Below, piece by piece: positions 46,189 to 56,335 of a stretch of 64,000 nt of DNA. The DNA comes from Spirochaetota bacterium (GTDB lineage: Bacteria > Spirochaetota > UBA4802 > UBA5550): contig JAFGBT010000039.1 of the NCBI GenBank assembly GCA_016933025.1, positions 731 through 64,730 of the forward strand, read 5' to 3'. The notes under the pieces were generated by a model. It did no database searches. It saw only the letters and a list, made by a program, of their open reading frames with translations, and was not told the origin of the DNA. Position numbers and translations under genes: made by a program. Position 1 is the stretch's first letter; every line of letters starts with the position of its first letter.

Positions 46189-48165
46189 TTACAGTTTAAT
46201 CCCCGGAGGATTACCATATGTCTTTTTAACGGCCGCGGCATCTCTGCCAGCAACCTGCCCCGGCGCGGGAACCGCCGCCTGCTTTGCCTCCGGCTGCTTC
46301 CTTAACGGAGAGTCCTGCTTCTGCCGGGACGCGGCGGTAAAATACCCGAGCTCATGCAGCTTCGCAAAAATACGTTCGGCGATCGGGACGGCGCTCGCCG
46401 CGCCGGCAATGCCGTATTCTATCAGGATGGCAGTGGCGACCGCCGTTTCAGGAGGCCCGTCATACGGCGCGTAGCCGACGAACCAGGCGTGCTGTGAGTA
46501 CTTTTCCTGCCTGATTGAACGCGTCTGCGCCGTCCCGGTTTTTCCGGCGACCGGAACTTTTAGATAGCCGAGGCGGCCCGATGTTCCGCTAGTGACGCTG
46601 AGCCGCATCCCCTTCTTGACCGCCTGTAATGTAAGGGGGGAGAGCGGTATCTCCCGGACCTTCTCCCGATGCATGGCCGTGATAACGCGATTGTTATCGT
46701 TGGTGCGTATCTCCTTTACTAGATGGGGGCGGTAGACAATGCCGTTGTTTACCAGCGCCGAGACAAATTCGCACATTCCTATCGGCGTCACGTGCAGGAA
46801 GCCCTGCCCTATCGACATGTTAACGGTGTCACCGTCGAACCAGGGCTGACCAAACACTTTGTATTTCCATTGCCTGGACGGCACAAAGCCGGCCACCTCG
46901 CCCGGGATATCGATGCCCGATTTCTGGTTGAGGCCGAAGTCCTCGGCGTATCTCATCATGATCGTGGGGCCGGTCAGGAGCCCGAGCTGGTAGAAGTAGA
47001 CGCTGCACGACTTGGCGATCGCCCAGTGGAGGTCAACAGTCCCATGGACATCGTAATCGTAAAACACATGGTCACGGTACCCCTTCAGGACGAACTTGCC
47101 CGGACAATAATAGGTCTTATCCGGCGTCGCCTTCTCGGTCTCGAGCGCCGCAACGGCGGTGACGAGCTTGAAGGTCGACGCGGGAGGGTATTTCGACTGG
47201 ATCACCCGATCCAGGAAGGGCCTCTGCTTATCGTTTTGGAGCTTCTTAATGATGGCTGCGTTGTTTTTTGATATAATAAGGTTCGGGTCGAAATCGGGCT
47301 TGCTCAGAAGCGCGATCACCTCGCCGGTTGAGGGCTTCAGGACTATCGCGGCGCCCTTCATGCCCTTCATTGCGTCATATATGATCTTCTGAATATTGTA
47401 ATCAATGGTGAGGACCAGGTTGTTCCCGGCCACCGGACGCTGCCCGATCTCCTCCCCCTCCGTTCTCTGTCTGACATCGACAATCCGGCGGACGTACCCG
47501 TCCCGCCCGCGCAGGAGCGGATCGTACTGCTTCTCGATACCCGATTTCCCGATCTTCTGATAGTGCTTGTAGCCTTCGGATTTCAGGCGCCTGTATTCGG
47601 CATGGCTTATGCTCCCGACGTAGCCGACAGCGTGGGCGAACATCTCGCTGAAATTATAGACCCGTACCGAAGCGTCCTCCCAGTCGATATTGGGGAACTT
47701 TTTCGGATGGGAGGCGATTTTCACGATGGTGTCGAATTCAACGTCCTCTTTTAACACCACCCGCTCCCACGGGTTGCCGCTATTGATCTCATCGATTATC
47801 TCGTCTTTATCGATTTTCAGAAGACGCGACAGAAGGTCGAGGATCTCGTATAATTTTTTTTTTGATTTGAATTTTGCCGGAATGGTCGTCAGGTTAAAAG
47901 ACGCCCGGTTTGAGACGAGGACGACGTTCTTTTCGCCCTCCTTGAAGTTGCGGTCGTATACATCGCCCCGCGCCGCAGGGATGGGGATATTGCTCTCCAT
48001 ATTAATCCGCGCCCTTGCCTGGTACTCTTTCCCCTGTATCACCTGAAGGTTGAGCAGTTGAAGTATCAGGGCGGCGAATGCCACGGCGGCGACCGCCATG
48101 TAGAAATACATCCTGACCCGGAAGGCTTCCTGCAGCTTTGCCCGCAAAGACGATTGCATCAGCAT
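46189..48165 (-). CDS. mrdA: Penicillin-binding protein 2 (elongasome transpeptidase).
   Basis: An N-terminal TM helix, a PBP dimerisation domain and the transpeptidase motifs STFK, SGT-like and KTGTAQ. The Ala/Pro/Gln-rich C-terminal tail is unusual. The start is placed to abut the mreD stop. Confidence 0.85.
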   Translation of the reverse strand: MLMQSSLRAKLQEAFRVRMYFYMAVAAVAFAALILQLLNLQVIQGKEYQARARINMESNIPIPAARGDVYDRNFKEGEKNVVLVSNRASFNLTTIPAKFKSKKKLYEILDLLSRLLKIDKDEIIDEINSGNPWERVVLKEDVEFDTIVKIASHPKKFPNIDWEDASVRVYNFSEMFAHAVGYVGSISHAEYRRLKSEGYKHYQKIGKSGIEKQYDPLLRGRDGYVRRIVDVRQRTEGEEIGQRPVAGNNLVLTIDYNIQKIIYDAMKGMKGAAIVLKPSTGEVIALLSKPDFDPNLIISKNNAAIIKKLQNDKQRPFLDRVIQSKYPPASTFKLVTAVAALETEKATPDKTYYCPGKFVLKGYRDHVFYDYDVHGTVDLHWAIAKSCSVYFYQLGLLTGPTIMMRYAEDFGLNQKSGIDIPGEVAGFVPSRQWKYKVFGQPWFDGDTVNMSIGQGFLHVTPIGMCEFVSALVNNGIVYRPHLVKEIRTNDNNRVITAMHREKVREIPLSPLTLQAVKKGMRLSVTSGTSGRLGYLKVPVAGKTGTAQTRSIRQEKYSQHAWFVGYAPYDGPPETAVATAILIEYGIAGAASAVPIAERIFAKLHELGYFTAASRQKQDSPLRKQPEAKQAAVPAPGQVAGRDAAAVKKTYGNPPGIKL

Positions 48166-48166
48166 A

Positions 48167-48670
48167 TTACAGGTACCCCTCTTTCTCCAGCTCACCCTCG
48201 AAAATCTTGTCGAATATGAAAAATAGCGGCGGCGCGAGCAGGGCATTGTAAAAAGACTCGGGAAGAATTATGCTCAGGATGGAAGAAGCCGACGCCTCGT
48301 GAAACACGTAGCACATAAAAAGGGTGATAAAGCCCTTGGCCAGCGACGCCACGAACAGGAGGAGCGACGTGGTGAGTATATTGCTCTTGAAGAGTGACCT
48401 GCCGAACATTCCCACGATAAAGGCGACCGCCACCTTGGGGAAGGTGAGAAGGCCCAATGGAGAGTTCGACACCGCGTCGTGAAGCAGACCGCCGATGAAT
48501 GCCGTCACCTCCCCGTAAAAAGAACCGAAGCAGTAGGAAAGGTAAACCACCGCGATAAATATGAGATCCGGCTTGACACCCGCGATACGAAGGACGTCAA
48601 ACGAGGTGTGGCCCTGAATCAGCAGGGAAACCAGTATTATCACCCCGGTGAACACGTATGTTAGTATCAT
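48167..48670 (-). CDS. mreD: Rod shape-determining protein MreD.
   Basis: A 167-aa polytopic membrane protein, placed between mreC and mrdA. Its start overlaps the mreC stop by 4 bp. Confidence 0.7.
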   Translation of the reverse strand: MILTYVFTGVIILVSLLIQGHTSFDVLRIAGVKPDLIFIAVVYLSYCFGSFYGEVTAFIGGLLHDAVSNSPLGLLTFPKVAVAFIVGMFGRSLFKSNILTTSLLLFVASLAKGFITLFMCYVFHEASASSILSIILPESFYNALLAPPLFFIFDKIFEGELEKEGYL

Positions 48671-49536
48671 TCGTTTTTCTCTTCGTCAAATATTTCGAAC
48701 AGATCCTTGTCGATGTCCTTTTTGATCACGAAGACGTCCTCCACAAGATCATAATCGACCACCGGCTTCACCATGGCGCGCTGGTACGCGCTCGATTCCA
48801 GCGAGTAGGATTTAAGGACCGTGCCCACCACCAGCCCGGCCGGAAAGACGCCGCCCTGGCCCGAGGTGATCACCACGTCGTTGAACTTGATAAAGGCGGC
48901 GCGGCTGATGTAGTCCATCTTGCAGAGATTCGAGTTTCCCGAATAGCCGCAGAGGAGGCCCGGGAACCTGCTCTCCTGCAGCTTCACCCCGATCCTTACT
49001 GCGGGAGAGATAATCGGCGCAATGCGGGATATGCTTCCGCGCACCTCGATCACCGTACCCACGACGGCTTTCTGCCCTCCCTGGTACGCTATCACCGGCA
49101 TGTTCTCCCTTATCCCGTCCGATGCACCCTTGTTAATGATGATGGTGCGGAACCAGTTGTCCGGGTCCTTTGAGATAATGGACGATGGGATGGAGTCGTA
49201 CTCCACCCGCTCCTTCATGCCGAGAAGCTCGCGGAGCCGGTCGTTTTCCCGCCTGATCTCGCTCATCTCGTCTGTCATCGATTCGTACTGCTGGAGCTTG
49301 GCGCGGGTCTTCATCAGCTCGTCGCGCACCTCGGTGAGCTCGGTGAACCCGGCCCATATCCGCGAAATACCGCCCTGCACGCCGTTATAGGCCTTCTGGA
49401 AGGGCATGGTAACCGCGCTGATTATTCCCTCAAAAGAAAGGGTGAACGTGGTCGACTGGAGCGAGAGTGAAATGATGCAAAACAGAGTAAACGATATGAA
49501 CGCGACAACGCTTTTATTTCGTATTATAAATTCCAA
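48667..49536 (-). CDS. mreC: Rod shape-determining protein MreC.
   Basis: An N-terminal TM anchor, then a coiled coil (LQQYESMTDEMSEIRRENDRLRELL), then a beta-rich C-terminal domain with a GLVVG motif. Confidence 0.8.
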   Translation of the reverse strand: MEFIIRNKSVVAFISFTLFCIISLSLQSTTFTLSFEGIISAVTMPFQKAYNGVQGGISRIWAGFTELTEVRDELMKTRAKLQQYESMTDEMSEIRRENDRLRELLGMKERVEYDSIPSSIISKDPDNWFRTIIINKGASDGIRENMPVIAYQGGQKAVVGTVIEVRGSISRIAPIISPAVRIGVKLQESRFPGLLCGYSGNSNLCKMDYISRAAFIKFNDVVITSGQGGVFPAGLVVGTVLKSYSLESSAYQRAMVKPVVDYDLVEDVFVIKKDIDKDLFEIFDEEKNE

Positions 49537-49613
49537 TTCTGATGGTTCTCTTAGCTGCTAATTTATCGCCCGTGCGGCTAAAGCCGCAATTTTAGTGAGG
49601 CTAAAGCCTCATG

Positions 49614-50639
49614 CTATTTAAGGTTCGCCCGGTACAGGTGCTTCAGCTCCTCGAGGAATTTGCCGGCGCCCAGCACGACGCAGGTGAGCGGATTTTCGGC
49701 AAGGATAACCGGCACGCCCGTCTCCTTGCTGATGAACTTGTCGAGCCCTTTTAACAGCGAGCCGCCGCCGGTCATGACAATACCCCGCTCCACGATATCG
49801 GCGGCGAGTTCCGGCGGTGTCTTTTCCAGCGCATGCTTGATGCCGTCGAGCACCTGATCAACCGGCTCCTTGAGGGCCTTGCGCACCTCTGTAGAATCTA
49901 TCTCCAGTGTCCGGGGAAGGCCGGAAATGGCGTCCCGCCCCTTCAGCTCCATGGTTTCGATTTTTTTCTCAGGGAAGGCGTTCCCAATCCTGAACTTGAC
50001 CTCCTCTGCCATCCGCTCGCCGATGACCAGGTTGTACTGCGTCCTCATGTATTTTATTATAGCGTCGTCGAATTCGTCGCCGGCGATACGGAGGGAGTCC
50101 GCTATAACCATGCCGCCCAGCGATATAACGGCGATCTCCGTCGTCCCGCCCCCCACATCGACCACCATATGGCCCGCCGGCTCATGGATGGGGATATTGG
50201 CGCCGATGGCGGCCGCAAGGGCCTCCTCGATCAGAAATATCTCCCGTGCCCCGGCCTGCTCTGCCGATTCCCGCACCGCCCGCTTCTCCACTTCGGTGAT
50301 TCCCGACGGGACGCCAATGACGACCCGGGGCCGGACCAGGGTCTTCCTTTTATGCACTTTTGTGATGAAATACCTGATCATCTTTTCAACGGTTTCGAAG
50401 TCCGCAATAACGCCGTCTTTCATCGGGCGGATTGCGACGATGTCGCCCGGGGTCCTTCCGAGCATCCTCTTGGCCTCATGGCCGACGGCAAGGACCTTGC
50501 CGGTGCTTGTCTGCACCGCCACAACTGAAGGTTCTGACAGCACTATCCCCTGGCCCTTCACGTGGACCAGGGTGTTCGCGGTTCCGAGATCTATGCCCAT
50601 GTCGTTGGAAAACATTCCATACAGCGAATCAAGAAACAT
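49614..50639 (-). CDS. mreB: Actin-like rod shape-determining protein MreB.
   Basis: The start [25 protein letters not shown] aligns with E. coli [24 protein letters not shown]. The phosphate and adenosine motifs are present ([28 protein letters not shown]). A GAGGAG ribosome-binding site is upstream. Confidence 0.9.
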   Translation of the reverse strand: MFLDSLYGMFSNDMGIDLGTANTLVHVKGQGIVLSEPSVVAVQTSTGKVLAVGHEAKRMLGRTPGDIVAIRPMKDGVIADFETVEKMIRYFITKVHKRKTLVRPRVVIGVPSGITEVEKRAVRESAEQAGAREIFLIEEALAAAIGANIPIHEPAGHMVVDVGGGTTEIAVISLGGMVIADSLRIAGDEFDDAIIKYMRTQYNLVIGERMAEEVKFRIGNAFPEKKIETMELKGRDAISGLPRTLEIDSTEVRKALKEPVDQVLDGIKHALEKTPPELAADIVERGIVMTGGGSLLKGLDKFISKETGVPVILAENPLTCVVLGAGKFLEELKHLYRANLK

Positions 50640-50682
50640 GAATAAACTCCTCTGATTGGTTGCGCCAAAAATATGTGATTCT

Positions 50683-50710
50683 GATAAATAAAAGCCCCCT
50701 CCGGGGGGTC
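50683..50710 (-). terminator. GC hairpin plus T-run, ~45 nt upstream of mreB. It could be the terminator of the upstream operon or an attenuator in the mreB leader.
   Basis: On the minus strand it reads CCCCCCggaGGGGGC followed by TTTTATTTAT. Confidence 0.3.
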
Positions 50711-50898
50711 TGGGGATTATGGTCAAAATCCCTGAATCGCGCGCTATAAGACATTATAATTCATTGATAACTCAGGCTTTCTACTACAATAAGTACGTTT
50801 TTTGTCAAGTGATTATCATTATTTACACGAATTATTCAATTGTTGATAAAAAAAATTCCGGACGTATGCGGCAGTATGCCGCCCGAACGGGCTCTTCA

Positions 50899-51897
50899 CT
50901 ACATGGTACCGAGCAGTTCTCTGACCTCGGTATTCTTTCCGTCGGAAGTAAGCACGTCGCTCCAGATTGCCCTGGCCTTATCCTTCTCGCCCATCGCCGA
51001 ATAGTTTTTCCCGATCCATATTTTAGGAGTGCTGTCTTTTTCATCAATCTTCAGCGCATAACCGAACTGTTCAATTGATTCCCTGTAGAGCGACCGGTTG
51101 AAATAGATCTTACCGAGATTAACGTGAACAAGTTTTCGTATGTTTTCATCAGACGTCCTCGCGAGGACATCCTTGTAGCTAACGATCGCGCCGGTATACT
51201 TCTTAGCCGTCCTCTCCGCGGTGGCGTAAAACAGAAGGCCCTGTATATTGTCCCTCACCATCCCGTGCTTTAACAGGTGCTTCAGCCCATAATCCTCGTG
51301 CCGGTTCAGGATGTTAATGACCGAGTAAAACCTTATATTCTCGATATTATCCGGCTTAATTGAGTCGCCGATATTTTCAATCATCTGGAAAATCTCGGTT
51401 GGCGAATGATAGTCGGTATAAAAACCGGACCTGGCAAGCATCAGACTGCGTTCACCATCGAGATCACCATTTTTAATGGCTGCCCCCTTCTTGATGTCCT
51501 TCATGGCCTTGAGGAACTCGTCCCTGGCCTCTTTGCCGATGTCGCGGGCGCGATCATTGATGAACAGCTCTGAAAAATTACCGGGCAGGTACGTCTCGCC
51601 GAGGAGGAAGTGGATCTCCCCTGATGTGAAAAACGCGTCCGGATCCACCTGATGCTCGTCCTTGTACCGCTCGTAGATATCAGCCAGGTCCGACAGCGCC
51701 TCGCGTCTCCTGGCTGCGTCCTTGATCTGCCGCATGGATGCTATCTTCTTTTCCAGCTTGGTCTGGGTGTATTTCCAGAACGCAAGATGGTGGCGATACC
51801 TGACGCCGAAAAACGAGGCGGCGCCGATTAATATGAGCGCAAGGAGAACCTTGTAAACGCTCCTCCCCTTTTTTTTGCTTTTATACCTGTCGTACAT
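50899..51897 (-). CDS. Membrane-anchored protein with a TPR-like helical repeat region (hypothetical).
   Basis: N-terminal TM helix (VYKVLLALILIGAASFFGV). The rest is helical repeat-like and Y/K/E-rich. Length 332 aa. Confidence 0.4.
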   Translation of the reverse strand: MYDRYKSKKKGRSVYKVLLALILIGAASFFGVRYRHHLAFWKYTQTKLEKKIASMRQIKDAARRREALSDLADIYERYKDEHQVDPDAFFTSGEIHFLLGETYLPGNFSELFINDRARDIGKEARDEFLKAMKDIKKGAAIKNGDLDGERSLMLARSGFYTDYHSPTEIFQMIENIGDSIKPDNIENIRFYSVINILNRHEDYGLKHLLKHGMVRDNIQGLLFYATAERTAKKYTGAIVSYKDVLARTSDENIRKLVHVNLGKIYFNRSLYRESIEQFGYALKIDEKDSTPKIWIGKNYSAMGEKDKARAIWSDVLTSDGKNTEVRELLGTM

Positions 51898-51898
51898 G

Positions 51899-52549
51899 TT
51901 ACGACGAACTCCTCAGGTATGCCGCGTACGCGCTGTCGGCCGCTTCGATAAACCCGCTCCCGTTTTCCACGATGAAAAGCTTGACCACATCGCTCCCGTC
52001 AATAAAGAGCGCCAGGAACTTATTCCCGGCCTTCATGCCGCTTAGCCTGGTAAAATCGTACCGGTACAGCTTCTTCCCGAGGAAAAAGTTGATGCCTCCC
52101 TTCTCCACGGCAAGGCGGCCGCTTCCGATCCGCTTGATATTTTTATACTCTTCCAGGCTGGGATCGATGCTGCCGGATTCATTGTTGTAATCGATCACGT
52201 GGGAACTGTCTTCGAACAGAACGGCAAGCTGTTCCGCCTGGGTAGCGGGAGCTTTACGCATCACAGGGGCGCTTTCAACCTCAGGCTTCTTCGCCCCGCG
52301 GTTTTCCGCAACAGGCGGCCGCGGAGCCGGGGAGCGCATACGCAGAGGACGGGAATTCACATCAGGCCCGGGTGAGCCAGCGCTGCCGATGGCAGGACCG
52401 GCAACGGGACGCGTTGGACGCCGCACGGGGGCGGTGACCCCTGGCGACGAAGCCACGGGCGATTCCCGCCGTCTCCTGGCGTCCACAATCAGGGAATACG
52501 CAAAAATGAGTATTCCCAGGAAAATAATCCCCAATGATATATATAACAT
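51899..52549 (-). CDS. Membrane-anchored protein with a Pro-rich linker and a C-terminal globular domain (hypothetical).
   Basis: N-terminal TM helix, a Pro/Ala/Arg-rich spacer and a C-terminal domain of ~100 aa. Its stop is 2 bp before the downstream gene's start, which suggests translational coupling. Confidence 0.4.
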   Translation of the reverse strand: MLYISLGIIFLGILIFAYSLIVDARRRRESPVASSPGVTAPVRRPTRPVAGPAIGSAGSPGPDVNSRPLRMRSPAPRPPVAENRGAKKPEVESAPVMRKAPATQAEQLAVLFEDSSHVIDYNNESGSIDPSLEEYKNIKRIGSGRLAVEKGGINFFLGKKLYRYDFTRLSGMKAGNKFLALFIDGSDVVKLFIVENGSGFIEAADSAYAAYLRSSS

Positions 52550-52601
52550 ACCCTACCGCGAGGCCCTGTTAATATGATTTTCGAAACAAAAATGCGCCCT
52601 G

Positions 52602-53558
52602 TCAAGAGTTTTTTATCGCCCAGAGACCTACCTTGAGGTACGGTTTTGCCGCAGTAGCAAAGTCAGATGATTCACTGGCCAAAAACTCGAGCCGCCATCC
52701 ATCGGGATGAAACGAGAGGTATTGCTCACGGGAAACGGAATACGAATTCACCGAGGTAAGGACATATCCTTCCGTGACCAGTCCATTCACCAGGCCAAGC
52801 GATTCACGGTAATTCCTTTTTAAGGAGAAGGTCCTTCTCCGGTTGCGGGAAAACGTGGGGGGATCGAATATGACAAAGGAAAAGCTCTTCCCCTGCCTAT
52901 TGAACCGCCTGAGCCATTCAATAGAATCTCCGTAGATAAAATCCCTGTCGTCGATTTTCAGCCCATTGAGGGCGTAATTTGCCTTTGCCCGACCGAGGAC
53001 GCCCTTCGATAAATCGACATTCACCGCCCCGGCGACTCCGTGTTTGATCGCATGAACCGAAAACAGGGCCGTATAACTGAAGAGGTTGAGCATGATATCG
53101 GACGGCCGGTAATAGCCGGTCAGCCTTTCCCGGACCTCCCGCATATCAAGAAAAATACCGGTACTCTGACCGCCCACCAGATCGACGGCGGCCAGGACCC
53201 CGTTCTGGCGCACCTGGCAGTTCCCCGGTGGCCAGGATCCCTCGATAAGGGAGCTTTTCATCGCTGCGGATATGTCCCGGTCGTCCGACGGCTTGAGCCG
53301 TTTTTTCAGAAGCAGGCCGAGGGGACGGGCGGGGAGGAGGTCCGCCGACCGCTCGATTGCAAGGGCAATTTCATCAGTTGCCGAATATAGATCCCTGCTG
53401 AAGTACTGGATCAGCATATATTCGCCGTACCAGTCAATAATGAGGCCGGGTATGCCGTCGCCATCGCCGTTAAAAAGGCGGAAGCAATTCGTGTCCGGAT
53501 CTTTCATCAGGCGGCTTCGTTTTTCGAAGGATTTCCGTAGGGTAATTTCGATATCCAT
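52602..53558 (-). CDS. Class I SAM-dependent methyltransferase, RlmI/YccW-like (probably an rRNA m5C methyltransferase).
   Basis: VLDLFSYTGGF-type motif I (MLNLFSYTALFSVHA), the DxS…N motifs and PUA-like N-terminal region typical of the RlmI/RlmK family. Confidence 0.55.
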   Translation of the reverse strand: MDIEITLRKSFEKRSRLMKDPDTNCFRLFNGDGDGIPGLIIDWYGEYMLIQYFSRDLYSATDEIALAIERSADLLPARPLGLLLKKRLKPSDDRDISAAMKSSLIEGSWPPGNCQVRQNGVLAAVDLVGGQSTGIFLDMREVRERLTGYYRPSDIMLNLFSYTALFSVHAIKHGVAGAVNVDLSKGVLGRAKANYALNGLKIDDRDFIYGDSIEWLRRFNRQGKSFSFVIFDPPTFSRNRRRTFSLKRNYRESLGLVNGLVTEGYVLTSVNSYSVSREQYLSFHPDGWRLEFLASESSDFATAAKPYLKVGLWAIKNS

Positions 53559-53569
53559 CGCGGAGTGTG

Positions 53570-54202
53570 CTACTGCAGCGCCGACATTATTGCGTTCATC
53601 CGCTCGCCAAGGGCGGCAAGGTCGCCCTTCTGTATTAGCCCGGCATCAACGACATATGACATGCCGACGGAGACGACCCGGTCCGCTTTCAGATAGTCGA
53701 GGTAATTGTTCTGATTTACGCCGCCGGTCGGCACCAGGTGGAAGTTTTTTGTCTTGAAGGGCGCGGCAACGGCCTTGATATATTCAGGGCCGCCCAGGAG
53801 CGAAGCCGGGAATATCTTTATCACATTGCACTTCTTGAGGGCCGTGTTCAGTTCCGTGGGCGTTGCAACGCCGGGGATGAAGGGGACGCCGCATGATGCC
53901 GCATAGTCGATGAGCTCGAGGTCCATGCCGGGCGCCACGCAGAATGAAGCGCCGGCGTCAATCGCCCTTTTCAACGCATCGATCGAAAGGAGGCTCCCGG
54001 CACCGACAGTGAATCCGGGGAACTGCTCCGCCACGGCCGCGATGCTTTCGGCCGCGCTCTCGGTCCTGAATGTTACTTCCAGAATTCCGTAGGAGTGTTT
54101 CTGGAGGAGTTCCGCGATTTTAACGGCTGATTGCGGGCTTGCAAACTGCGCTACCGGTATGACCCTGTTCTTCTTGAGAATGTCCGCAAGCTCGGCCGCC
54201 AC
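53570..54202 (-). CDS. eda: KDPG / KHG aldolase (2-dehydro-3-deoxyphosphogluconate aldolase).
   Basis: The N-terminal block VIPV…LEVTFRTE…GAGSL aligns with the Eda family, including the Schiff-base Lys region. Length 210 aa. Confidence 0.7.
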   Translation of the reverse strand: MAAELADILKKNRVIPVAQFASPQSAVKIAELLQKHSYGILEVTFRTESAAESIAAVAEQFPGFTVGAGSLLSIDALKRAIDAGASFCVAPGMDLELIDYAASCGVPFIPGVATPTELNTALKKCNVIKIFPASLLGGPEYIKAVAAPFKTKNFHLVPTGGVNQNNYLDYLKADRVVSVGMSYVVDAGLIQKGDLAALGERMNAIMSALQ

Positions 54203-54225
54203 GCTTTACTCCTCCCAGAATTCTA

Positions 54226-54594
54226 TCAGATCATCGGGTAGGATAATTCGATCTGATTCCCGTCCGGGTCCAGGAAAACAACGGTTTTACCTTTCCTGAT
54301 ATTTTCCGGCCCGAAAATAATCTCGATATCGCGCTCCTGAACCTCTTCAACAGCGTCCTCGAAATCCTCCTCGTCCACATAGAAAGCTATACGGCCCCGG
54401 GAGTTCTCGGAATTCTTGAAGCCGGGCACTTCGTAGAGACCGATGCTGATATCTGCCACCCTCATGAATGCGAGACCTGGAGAGCTCGCCTTGTCGATGA
54501 CATCGAAATCAAACAAATCTTTATAGAATTTTATTGATTCTTCAAGGTTTGATACGGTAATCCCTATATGGTTTACACTTTCTATTACTATCAT
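54226..54594 (-). CDS. VOC-family protein (glyoxalase / bleomycin-resistance fold).
   Basis: The N-terminus MIVIESVNHIGITVSNLEESIKFYKDLFDF is the classic VOC opening. Length ~122 aa. The longer ORF-track start is unlikely. Confidence 0.6.
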   Translation of the reverse strand: MIVIESVNHIGITVSNLEESIKFYKDLFDFDVIDKASSPGLAFMRVADISIGLYEVPGFKNSENSRGRIAFYVDEEDFEDAVEEVQERDIEIIFGPENIRKGKTVVFLDPDGNQIELSYPMI

Positions 54595-54818
54595 TGCTAC
54601 CTCTTGGAACACATTGATATGGAGTTGTATACGGGACGGCGAAAATTTAGCGCTCCCCGAGATACTTGAAAGGCGGGAATTATCCCGCCTTGAAGCTCTA
54701 TTTTTCAAATGATATTGATTATGTCAATCAATATACACCGATATTGGCGAAAAAAAATCCAAAACTGGGCTCATTAATTTAAAAATTTTTTACGCATGCC
54801 AACTCCGTCCGTTTATGT

Positions 54819-55292
54819 ATGATAGGAAGAAAATTCCGGGGGGATATGATGGAAACAACGCTTAATGTTCACGAAAAAGTTCTTGAAAAAATTGAGTCAG
54901 CTGCAGCTTCCGCAGGAATGGGCAGATCAACGTTGATAATCAGGCTGATTAAAATGGCAATGGATGATATTCCAAACCCCGCCCGCATGGGCTCCAACGT
55001 CAAATATCAAAAAAGGTGCAGTCCTGATGAATGGCGCCCGGTCCACCTGCAGTTGAGAATTGATGATTATGAGTATTTCCAGGATCTGAGGAGGTTGCGG
55101 AAGATGTCGATTTCATTTATTCTGGCATATTCTGTTGAAAAATTCCTTCCACAGCTTTTAGAAAAAAAAGATACCGATAACTATCGGTATCAAAATTATA
55201 TTGTCATCAGAGAAATCATTGAAAATATCATATCATGGAGATTCATATGGGGATACCCACCCAATCTTGAAAAACATCTCCAATTTTCATAG
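54819..55292 (+). CDS. Hypothetical protein with an N-terminal ribbon-helix-helix-like (CopG/Arc-like) segment. A 22-bp perfect palindrome lies inside its coding sequence.
   Basis: TLNVHEKVLEKIESAAASAGMGRSTLIIRLIKMAM has the beta-strand, helix, loop, helix pattern of an RHH DNA-binding domain. The palindrome GATACCGATAACTATCGGTATC at 55170-55191 encodes DTDNYRYQ. Confidence 0.4.
   Translation: MIGRKFRGDMMETTLNVHEKVLEKIESAAASAGMGRSTLIIRLIKMAMDDIPNPARMGSNVKYQKRCSPDEWRPVHLQLRIDDYEYFQDLRRLRKMSISFILAYSVEKFLPQLLEKKDTDNYRYQNYIVIREIIENIISWRFIWGYPPNLEKHLQFS
55170..55191. repeat. Longest copy of the palindromic motif (GATACCGATAACTATCGGTATC, 10-bp arms), inside a coding sequence.
   Basis: A perfect inverted repeat around the non-palindromic AC centre. 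Confidence 0.65.
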
Positions 55293-55300
55293 CTCCCCAC

Positions 55301-55843
55301 TCACTTTTTCCCATCATCATAGAGAATGGTAATTTTATCCAGATAGAGGTGTATAACATCGCCATGCGCGTCCCAGTCGAGCTTAAAATTCTTCAGCTTG
55401 CCCCTGACCGCGAAGAGCGCGCCGGAGCGCCACCACCCCTTCATGGGAGCATAGTTCTTATCGGCCATCTGCTTAAGGGATTCCGGGTCGATCTCGCCGT
55501 GAATGTAGAGCCAACGGCCGCTGAGAAAAATGCAGACAACGTCCTTATCGTATAGTCTTTCGGGCGAGGAGAGCGTGAAATCGCTGCCCGTGGTGATCTC
55601 TTTTCCCAGGAGCCTGATAAGCAGTCGCCTGAGCTTGCCTTCATGGTAATGCTTGCTCCCGAACAGCCCCAGGCGCCACTTTTCATACTGATTCTGGATC
55701 AGAAAAAAGTTCCGCAGCCCCTCAGGGACATCTTCCGCGCTCAATTCAGCGCCGGTCGTCAACGGCGTTTCGAAGAAGGCGGGATAACCGATAACTATCG
55801 CCCCGCAAAAAAGACCTATCATGCAGCATCGCCTTAATCTCAT
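55301..55843 (-). CDS. Secreted hypothetical protein.
   Basis: The probable start is the internal MRLRRCCMIGLFCGAIVIG signal peptide. The upstream part of the ORF-track frame is R/G-rich and overlaps the DUF3467 gene, so I treat it as non-coding. A palindromic motif copy (55788-55801) encodes AIVIGYP. Confidence 0.4.
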   Translation of the reverse strand: MRLRRCCMIGLFCGAIVIGYPAFFETPLTTGAELSAEDVPEGLRNFFLIQNQYEKWRLGLFGSKHYHEGKLRRLLIRLLGKEITTGSDFTLSSPERLYDKDVVCIFLSGRWLYIHGEIDPESLKQMADKNYAPMKGWWRSGALFAVRGKLKNFKLDWDAHGDVIHLYLDKITILYDDGKK

Positions 55844-55845
55844 GG

Positions 55846-56145
55846 CTACTGCAGCCTCCCCCCTTCCTCTCCCGGGACGCGGATATCGATAACCCCGTAG
55901 CGCTCCTCGTATTCCTTCAGGTTCTGCCCCAGGGCCATCATGAAACGCTTGACGTGAGCGGGCGTCAGGATGACCCGCGACATCAGCTTGCCGAACCCGG
56001 GAGGCGGCGCCGGGTGGACGAAGATGAAATCGAACACAAACTCGTCCGACGAGTGGCTTATGTTGGAAAAGTTCGTAAAAATCCCCATGGCGACGTTCTC
56101 GTCGACCTTCACCTCTATCTTCATGTCCTTGTCCTTCGGGTTCAT
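55846..56145 (-). CDS. DUF3467-family small protein.
   Basis: MKIEVKVDENVAMGIFTNFSNISHSSDEFVFDFIF matches the conserved DUF3467 core (…YANF..v.hs.dEF.lDF). Length ~95 aa. Confidence 0.5.
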   Translation of the reverse strand: MNPKDKDMKIEVKVDENVAMGIFTNFSNISHSSDEFVFDFIFVHPAPPPGFGKLMSRVILTPAHVKRFMMALGQNLKEYEERYGVIDIRVPGEEGGRLQ

Positions 56146-56335
56146 ATACGTCTCCTTGCAGATAAACTGTACGCGCTCTGGGCCGTATTACACGTAAACA
56201 TTCTTTTTTGAGAACAACCCGCCCGTGGCGGGCTGTCCGCTCTATCATCCCAATTGATAAAAAAATAATGGCAAAGGTGGGAAAAAATTCAATAACAATT
56301 TAGTCAGAGCGGCATTAAAAAGCACCGGAGGCGCA

